A stretch of 64,000 bases of DNA from Patescibacteria group bacterium (GTDB lineage: Bacteria; Patescibacteriota; Patescibacteriia; UBA9570). Within the stretch, counting starts at the first letter, position 1. The number at the start of each line of letters is the position of its first letter. Below the pieces are notes generated by a model. It was not told the origin of the DNA. It did no database searches and worked only from the letters and a program-made list of their open reading frames with translations. This document shows, piece after piece, positions 55,747-61,693 of this stretch. The stretch lies in assembly GCA_041660305.1 (NCBI GenBank), contig JBAZWO010000006.1:16432-80431 (forward strand), read 5' to 3'. Position numbers and translations under genes: made by a program.

Positions 55747-57780
55747 ATGAAAGTTACTGTATTAATGCCAGTTTATAATAGAGAACGATATTTAGCTGAA
55801 GCAATTAACAGTATTTTAGCACAAACGTTTCAGGATTTTGAATTTTTAATTATTGACGATGGTTCAACTGATAATAGTGTTAATATTATTCGCACTTATT
55901 CAGATTCACGGATTAAATTAATAATTCATGAGCATAATCAAGGTTTAATTACCACACTTAATGAAGGAATTCAATTAGCCAACGCCGAATATATTGCTAG
56001 AATGGACTCAGATGATATTTCAGTGTCAATGCGTTTGCAACAGCAATATAATTATTTAATGGTTCATACTCAAGCAGTAGCAGTAGGCTGTGATTTTGCG
56101 GCCATTGATTTAACTGGCAATGTTCTTTATCAGCAAGCCACTCCGCACGGCGATATGGCTATTAAACGATCATTAGCTGTTTATAACCCCTTAGCACATG
56201 GTTCTATGATGTTTCGTAAAACAGCAGTACAAGCGGTTGGTGGTTATAAAGAGCAAGCTTATTTAGTGGAAGATTATGATTTATGGGCTAGATTAGCTAC
56301 CATTGGTGAATTGGCATCGTTACCAGTTAACTTATATAGTTGGCGAGTTAATCCACAAGGTGAAAGTGTTTCAAAATCTAATCAACAACACAGCAAAGCC
56401 AAAGAGATTCAACACCGTATTTGGGAAAGTTTTGGTGAAGTTGGCCCCGCTCCATATCGTGTTTGGTCAGAAATTTGGAATAAAACTGATAAGTCCGATT
56501 CTGATTTTTTTGTTCAACTTCATTTATTATTTGCTAAAGCATATTGTCAACAACATAAGTTTATAGAATTTTTACAACACGTAATGGTTGTTTTATTAGT
56601 AAAACCTAGTTTTTTTGTACGCTATCTTTTTAAAAAAATACAATTTTTAAGAACAAAGCGTAAAAATATAAATAAAAAAATACTAATTGTCACCCCACGT
56701 TATTTTCCTTCTTTTGGTGGTTTGGAAGAAGTAGCGCGCACCACAGCCCAAGAGCTTTTAAAGCAAGGTTATCAAGTAGAAATAGTTACCGAGAAACAAG
56801 CACCACAACAACTTAATCAAGAAGTAATTGATAATATAAAAGTTTATCGCTTGGGATATTTTCCAAGAGGAGCTAGCCTACAATTGTTACGTTTGGCTAT
56901 AAAATTAGTAGGGTTTGTTTTGATGCATCGAAAAAAATATCAAGGTATTATTATTCGTACTCTTACTTGGTATGCAATTTGTTTTGGAATATTGAAATGG
57001 TTAAAACTTCTTAAAATAAAAACATTTGTATCAGCAGAAGTTGGTGGTCAAGATTCGGAATTTAATACCATTAAGCACAGTCGTTTTAAAAAAATTATTG
57101 TTTGGTTACTTAATCACAACGATTATTTAAATAGTATTTGTTCTGAAAATTATCAACATTATCAACAACTTGGTTTTACAAAAAATAAACTCACGCAAAT
57201 CAATAATGGTATTGATATTACACCTTACAAAACTTCTCATTATCCAAACACAATTAATAATTTTTTATTTATTGGTCGTTTAGTAAAAACTAAAGGTTTA
57301 TATGAATTATTAGAGGCGTTTAAACAGTTATTGGATAAATATCCAAACAAAAAATTATATATTGGTGGCGACGGCGAAGAACGTAGTTATATTAAAAAAT
57401 TTATTCAACAACATAATTTAACTAATAATATTATTTATCAAGGTTACATTGATAATAAAAATAAAGCCAAATTTTTTTCCCAAGCTGATTGTTTAGTATT
57501 GCCATCTTATTTTGAGGCCAATCCCATGGCAGTGATTGAAGCAACAGTATATAAAAAATTAATTATTAGTACCGATGTTAGTGACATTAAAGCTATGTAT
57601 AGAAACAACATTATTTATTGTGAACCTAAAAGTGTTACTAGTTTATATCAAGCCATGGTTAAAGTAGTAATAGAATATAATCCAACTACTTTGAATTATG
57701 ATCATTTTATTGCACAAATAGATATTCGAAATACTATCAAGCAGATGCTGAATTTATTTTCTGTTAAAATCAAAATTTGA
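55747..57780 (+). CDS. bifunctional glycosyltransferase GT2 (N-terminal) + GT4 (C-terminal)
   Basis: I prefer the ATG at 55747. The GT2 part has VTVLMPVYNRERYL, IDDGSTDNS and RMDSDDIS. The GT4 part, from about 56680, has ILIVTPRYFPSFGGLEE and PSYFEANPMAVIEA. Confidence 0.8.
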   Translation: MKVTVLMPVYNRERYLAEAINSILAQTFQDFEFLIIDDGSTDNSVNIIRTYSDSRIKLIIHEHNQGLITTLNEGIQLANAEYIARMDSDDISVSMRLQQQYNYLMVHTQAVAVGCDFAAIDLTGNVLYQQATPHGDMAIKRSLAVYNPLAHGSMMFRKTAVQAVGGYKEQAYLVEDYDLWARLATIGELASLPVNLYSWRVNPQGESVSKSNQQHSKAKEIQHRIWESFGEVGPAPYRVWSEIWNKTDKSDSDFFVQLHLLFAKAYCQQHKFIEFLQHVMVVLLVKPSFFVRYLFKKIQFLRTKRKNINKKILIVTPRYFPSFGGLEEVARTTAQELLKQGYQVEIVTEKQAPQQLNQEVIDNIKVYRLGYFPRGASLQLLRLAIKLVGFVLMHRKKYQGIIIRTLTWYAICFGILKWLKLLKIKTFVSAEVGGQDSEFNTIKHSRFKKIIVWLLNHNDYLNSICSENYQHYQQLGFTKNKLTQINNGIDITPYKTSHYPNTINNFLFIGRLVKTKGLYELLEAFKQLLDKYPNKKLYIGGDGEERSYIKKFIQQHNLTNNIIYQGYIDNKNKAKFFSQADCLVLPSYFEANPMAVIEATVYKKLIISTDVSDIKAMYRNNIIYCEPKSVTSLYQAMVKVVIEYNPTTLNYDHFIAQIDIRNTIKQMLNLFSVKIKI

Positions 57781-57805
57781 CAGATAAAACAATTTTCTTT
57801 ACACT
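57777..57805 (+). promoter_or_regulatory. candidate promoter of the aro leader/operon
   Basis: TTGACA (57777-57782), a 17-nt spacer, then TACACT (57800-57805). It would give a very short 5' UTR before the leader ATG at 57816. Confidence 0.35.
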
Positions 57806-57815
57806 CTTTATAGCT

Positions 57816-57881
57816 ATGCGCTCCCAACCCAACACCTATTACTTTTTCTACTTTACCCGCTATTACCGGAAGCTGTGTTAG
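57816..57881 (+). CDS. 21-codon Tyr/Phe-rich leader peptide MRSQPNTYYFFYFTRYYRKLC
   Basis: Own translation. Eight of 21 codons are Tyr (5) or Phe (3). It lies in the 203-nt gap upstream of the DAHP synthase gene, followed by a terminator hairpin. Confidence 0.6.
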   Translation: MRSQPNTYYFFYFTRYYRKLC

Positions 57882-57921
57882 TGCGAGCATAAATCTCTAC
57901 CACAAACACTACACCTTCCGG
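57866..57921 (+). promoter_or_regulatory. candidate anti-terminator helix (57866-57878 pairing with 57908-57921)
   Basis: CCGGAAG (57866-57872) is a copy of the terminator 3' arm. It can pair with CTTCCGG (57915-57921), extended by TGT/ACA. This pairing excludes the terminator stem. Confidence 0.45.
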
Positions 57922-57940
57922 ATCACCGGAAGGTTTTGTT
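57913..57940 (+). terminator. intrinsic terminator (attenuator) upstream of aroF
   Basis: A perfect 9-bp stem ACCTTCCGG (57913-57921) / CCGGAAGGT (57926-57934) with loop ATCA, followed by TTTGTT. Confidence 0.65.
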
Positions 57941-57983
57941 ATATGAATCAGTTACAAATAATAAATTAAGCCATAATACAAAT

Positions 57984-59000
57984 ATGATAATAGTAATGCA
58001 AGAAGCAGCGGCCAAAGCACAAGTAACGGCCGTAGTGAATCATGTTAAAGAATTAGGCCTCAAGCCTGTGTTATTAGAAGGCACCGAACGTAATGTGATT
58101 GCCGTAATTGGTGATGAGCGTACGTTAGATATGCACGCCATAAATGCCATGGCCGGTGTGGAAAAAGTAATGCCCGTATTAGCGCCTTTTAAATTAGCTT
58201 CCCGTGAACACGCTCATGTAAAATCGGTTATCAATATTACGGAGCAGGTAAGTATTGGTGGTAAACGGTTAGCCATCATGGCCGGCAACTGTGCGGTAGA
58301 AACAGCCGAGATTTCTATGGCCACGGCGAAAGCGGTAAAACAAGCTGGAGCTAATATTCAACGGGGTGGTGCCTTTAAGCCGCGCTCGTCACCATACTCG
58401 TTTCAAGGTTTAGGCGAGGCCGGCTTGAAAATATTACAAGCGGTGCGAGCCGAAACAGGCTTGCCAATTATTACAGAAATATTAGATCCGCGGCATGTAG
58501 AGCAGGTAGCTAGTTACGCTGATATTTTGCAAATCGGTACACGTAACATGCAAAATTTTGAATTGTTAAAAGAAGTGGGTAACTGTAAAAAACCAGTATT
58601 GTTAAAACGTGGCATGGCGGCCACCATTGAAGAGTTTTTGTTATCAGCGGAATATATTTTATCGAGTGGTAACCCTAACGTGATTTTATGTGAACGGGGG
58701 ATTCGTACCTACGAAACCGCCACCCGTAATACCTTAGATATTTCCGCTATTCCCGTGTTAAAACACATGACGCATTTACCAGTAATAGTGGATCCTTCGC
58801 ATGCCGCTGGCAAACGAGATTACGTAGCAGCCTTAGCTAAAGCCGCTATTGCTGCCGGAGCTGATGGGTTACTGATGGATGTGCATCCTGATCCGGTAAA
58901 AGCGTTGGTAGATTCCGATCAAGCGTTAAACTTTGAATTATTTGCTGAATTAATGGTAGAGTTAAAACGGATTGCCGAGGCAGTTGGACGAACCATTTAA
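57984..59000 (+). CDS. aroF: 3-deoxy-7-phosphoheptulonate (DAHP) synthase, type I-beta with N-terminal ferredoxin-like regulatory domain
   Basis: I prefer the ATG at 57984; the track start is a TTG at 57936. The N-terminus MIIVMQE...[11 protein letters not shown] matches the Thermotoga-type DAHPS regulatory domain. The core has [16 protein letters not shown] and VDPSHA. Confidence 0.9.
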   Translation: MIIVMQEAAAKAQVTAVVNHVKELGLKPVLLEGTERNVIAVIGDERTLDMHAINAMAGVEKVMPVLAPFKLASREHAHVKSVINITEQVSIGGKRLAIMAGNCAVETAEISMATAKAVKQAGANIQRGGAFKPRSSPYSFQGLGEAGLKILQAVRAETGLPIITEILDPRHVEQVASYADILQIGTRNMQNFELLKEVGNCKKPVLLKRGMAATIEEFLLSAEYILSSGNPNVILCERGIRTYETATRNTLDISAIPVLKHMTHLPVIVDPSHAAGKRDYVAALAKAAIAAGADGLLMDVHPDPVKALVDSDQALNFELFAELMVELKRIAEAVGRTI

Positions 59001-59002
59001 TT

Positions 59003-60016
59003 ATGACACTAACAATCACTTCAAAGTCCCAATCAAAAAGTTATCCAGTATTTATTCAAGCTGGCAGTTTAGCTAAATTTAAATTTCCTAAAGATTCAGT
59101 AATTATTACCGATCGTGTAATTGCTAAACACTATGCCAAGTTCATTAAAAAATATCGGCGCATTATTCTACCTAGTGGTGAAGCTACTAAAAACTTAACT
59201 ACTATTCAAAAAATTTGTGAGCAATTAGTTAAGTTAGGTTGCAATCGATCTACTACGTTAATGGCGTTAGGCGGCGGGGTAATTGGGGATATTACTGGGT
59301 TTGTGGCTGCGGTGTACATGCGTGGTGTGGCGTATTATCAGTGCCCAACTACATTATTGGCCATGGTGGATTCTAGTTTAGGTGGAAAAACGGGAGTGGA
59401 TTTATCGGCTGGGAAAAATTTAGTTGGGACTATTTATCCACCGGTAGCGGTAATAATGGATCCGTTAGTTTTAACCACATTACCAAATAAAATATTCACA
59501 ACTAGTTTAGGTGAAGTAGTAAAATATGGTTTATTAGACGGCACATTTTTTGCTTGGTTAGAAAAAAATAAAGTTAATATAAAACAGCGTAAATTAAATA
59601 CCTTACAACAATTAATTATTAAGTGTGCGGAAATAAAACAAGCCATTGTGGAAGCGGATGAACATGAAGGCGGGGCACGTATGCTACTTAATTTAGGTCA
59701 CACATTTGGCCACGCGTTTGAACAATTAAGTGGCTACAGGTTACCACATGGTCAAGCGGTGGCCATTGGTTTAGTGCAGGCTGCTCAGTTTGCTCACATG
59801 CTGGAACTAGAGCGTTTAATTAATTTGTTACAGTATTTTAATCTACCTATCAAACTAGCTAAACCGTATCCCATTAATCAAGTAATTAAAGCTATGCAGG
59901 CTGATAAAAAACGTCATGGTAATCAATTTACCTTAATATTACCCGAAGCCATTGGGCACACCACCATTCATAATTATATTACTAAGCAGCAAATAATTAA
60001 GTTTTTTATAAATTAA
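59003..60016 (+). CDS. aroB: 3-dehydroquinate synthase
   Basis: GGGVIGDITGFVAAVYMRGV, DSSLGGKTGVD, and NLGHTFGHAFE. Confidence 0.92.
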   Translation: MTLTITSKSQSKSYPVFIQAGSLAKFKFPKDSVIITDRVIAKHYAKFIKKYRRIILPSGEATKNLTTIQKICEQLVKLGCNRSTTLMALGGGVIGDITGFVAAVYMRGVAYYQCPTTLLAMVDSSLGGKTGVDLSAGKNLVGTIYPPVAVIMDPLVLTTLPNKIFTTSLGEVVKYGLLDGTFFAWLEKNKVNIKQRKLNTLQQLIIKCAEIKQAIVEADEHEGGARMLLNLGHTFGHAFEQLSGYRLPHGQAVAIGLVQAAQFAHMLELERLINLLQYFNLPIKLAKPYPINQVIKAMQADKKRHGNQFTLILPEAIGHTTIHNYITKQQIIKFFIN

Positions 60017-60178
60017 ACACCCTCAACCCCCTAAACATCCTACCTCACTCCCCCTAACCCCCTCTCTCCTCTGATTCTACCTTCCATCCCCAACCCTTCC
60101 CTCCTCTAAAGAGGGAAGGGAGAATTACGAAATTATTCCCTCCTTCCTTTGAGGAAGGAGGGTTAGGGAGGAAGGTAG
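60017..60178. repeat. GC-rich nested-hairpin element, copy B (composite), filling the aroB/aroA-aroK spacer
   Basis: Outer imperfect inverted repeats lie at 60040-60060 and 60160-60178 (CTACCT.../...AGGTAG). The inner 48 nt at 60077-60124 are identical to 1043-1090. A perfect 10-bp hairpin CCCTCCTTCC/GGAAGGAGGG lies at 60138-60162. Confidence 0.85.
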
Positions 60179-60211
60179 TATTGATGAGAAGAGACAGAAG
60201 GCCAAAGAGTT

Positions 60212-61693
60212 ATGCATCTTAAACCCGTCAAAATCACCCTTACTTTACCTGGTTCTAAATCGTTAACCCAACGAGCGTTAATTTGTGCTAGCTTGGCGCA
60301 AGGGCAATCAATTATTACGGCACCTAATTATGGTGATGATTTACAATATTTAATTAAGGCATTGCAACAACTAGGTGTACGTATACAAAAAAAATCGAAC
60401 CAACTAATTATAAATGGAGTAGCTGGAAAGTTTTGTGTGCCAACTAAGCCAATTTATGTAGGCGATTCCGGTGCTAATTATCGTTTTCTAGCCGAATTAG
60501 TACCAGTCGGTACCAAATTAACGGGTTCAGCTCAATTACAAAAACGTTTACTAAAAACGGCGCCAACTAGTCAAACGATATCTGGAAAATTATTAGCCGG
60601 TACCCTAACTAAGATACCTGATAAGTTAGTTTCCAAAGGTTATGTGGCCATGACACAAGCCGTTATTCGTGATTTTTCCGGACGCGGTCGAAAATATATT
60701 ATCGAGCCCGATGCTAGTGCGGCCACATATTGGCTCACTTATAACTGGATAACTGGTGCAAAAATAACGTTTAGTAACTGGCCAGTAAAATCTTATCAAC
60801 CTGATTTTCAGTATGCTAAAGCATTGCAACAGTTAACTAACGGCCAAACAGCGTTTGATTTTAATACCATGCCGGATAGCGTAATGAGTTTAGCTGTAGC
60901 AGCCATTTTTACCAAGAAAATAATTACTATTAAAAATATTTCCCAGCTTACTTACAAAGAAAGTAATCGTTTGCAAGCGTTACATTATAATCTAACTAAA
61001 ATCAACATAAAAAATACTATTACAAAAAACAGCATTACTATTTATGGCACGGGTGGTAAATTTAAACATTCCAAAATTAAAACTTTTAATGATCACCGCT
61101 TGGCCATGAGTTTTGGGGTATTAGGTTTGCCAGTAGATAAACCAAATTGTGTAAATAAAAGTTATCCTAATTTTTGGCAAGATTATAAAAAAATTCAAGA
61201 GGCTAATGTAGTGTTAACCGGTATGCGTGGGGTAGGCAAAACTACGTTAGGTAAACAATTAGCCAAACAATGGGGTATGAAGTTTGTGGATTTAGATCAA
61301 CTTATTGAACGTAAAGCTAAATTACCAATTGCTGAAATTGTTGCACGCTACGGCTGGAAAAAATTTCGTGCACTTGAACATCAAGTTTGTAAACAAATTA
61401 CTAAATTACAAAATACGGTTATTGCAACTGGCGGCGGCACATTAATGTATACACGTAATTACCAATTACTAAAACATAATTATATTATTTTATTAACCGC
61501 GCCATTAACTACATTAGCTAAAAGAATTAAACAAGATAACAATATTAGGCCAGCATTATCAAAAAATAACACGGCATTATCAGAATTAAAGGCGATTTGG
61601 GATAAGCGCAAAGAAACATATTATAAAATAGCGGATTTAATTTCCCCCTTTCCCCTTAATAGGGGAAAGGGGGCGAGGGGGATAGAGGTATGA
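60212..61693 (+). CDS. aroA-aroK: bifunctional EPSP synthase (short form, ~330 aa) / shikimate kinase; last ~16 aa encoded by repeat element D
   Basis: AroA motifs are LPGSKS, GDSGANYRF, EPDASAATY, KESNRL, NDHRLAMSF and KSYPNFW. The AroK domain starts near 61211 (TGMRGVGKTTLGKQLA, VDLD, GGG). Confidence 0.85.
   Translation: MHLKPVKITLTLPGSKSLTQRALICASLAQGQSIITAPNYGDDLQYLIKALQQLGVRIQKKSNQLIINGVAGKFCVPTKPIYVGDSGANYRFLAELVPVGTKLTGSAQLQKRLLKTAPTSQTISGKLLAGTLTKIPDKLVSKGYVAMTQAVIRDFSGRGRKYIIEPDASAATYWLTYNWITGAKITFSNWPVKSYQPDFQYAKALQQLTNGQTAFDFNTMPDSVMSLAVAAIFTKKIITIKNISQLTYKESNRLQALHYNLTKINIKNTITKNSITIYGTGGKFKHSKIKTFNDHRLAMSFGVLGLPVDKPNCVNKSYPNFWQDYKKIQEANVVLTGMRGVGKTTLGKQLAKQWGMKFVDLDQLIERKAKLPIAEIVARYGWKKFRALEHQVCKQITKLQNTVIATGGGTLMYTRNYQLLKHNYIILLTAPLTTLAKRIKQDNNIRPALSKNNTALSELKAIWDKRKETYYKIADLISPFPLNRGKGARGIEV
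61644..61690. repeat. GC-rich hairpin element, copy D
   Basis: A perfect 12-bp stem CCCCCTTTCCCC/GGGGAAAGGGGG with loop TTAATA (61644-61673), then GGGGGATAGAGGTA. The core is shared with copy C at 9699-9741. Confidence 0.85.

Noticed and set aside
57702-57890. The minus-strand 62-aa track ORF overlapping the aro leader region.
   Set aside because: It runs antisense across the end of the GT2-GT4 gene and the regulatory region. It has no recognisable family or low-complexity signature of a real protein. The plus-strand leader ORF and hairpins account for the sequence.
57781-57983. A T-box riboswitch or other known aromatic amino acid leader upstream of aroF.
   Set aside because: The region is too short for a T-box. 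I could not find the conserved T-box sequence (AGGGTGGNACCGCG-like) or a specifier-loop architecture. A leader-peptide attenuator explains the features better.
60017-60211. A tRNA or small structured ncRNA gene in the 195-nt aroB/aroA spacer.
   Set aside because: No cloverleaf with the conserved T-loop/D-loop can be drawn. The region shares 48 identical nt and similar termini with the element at 1043-1170, so it is a dispersed repeat.
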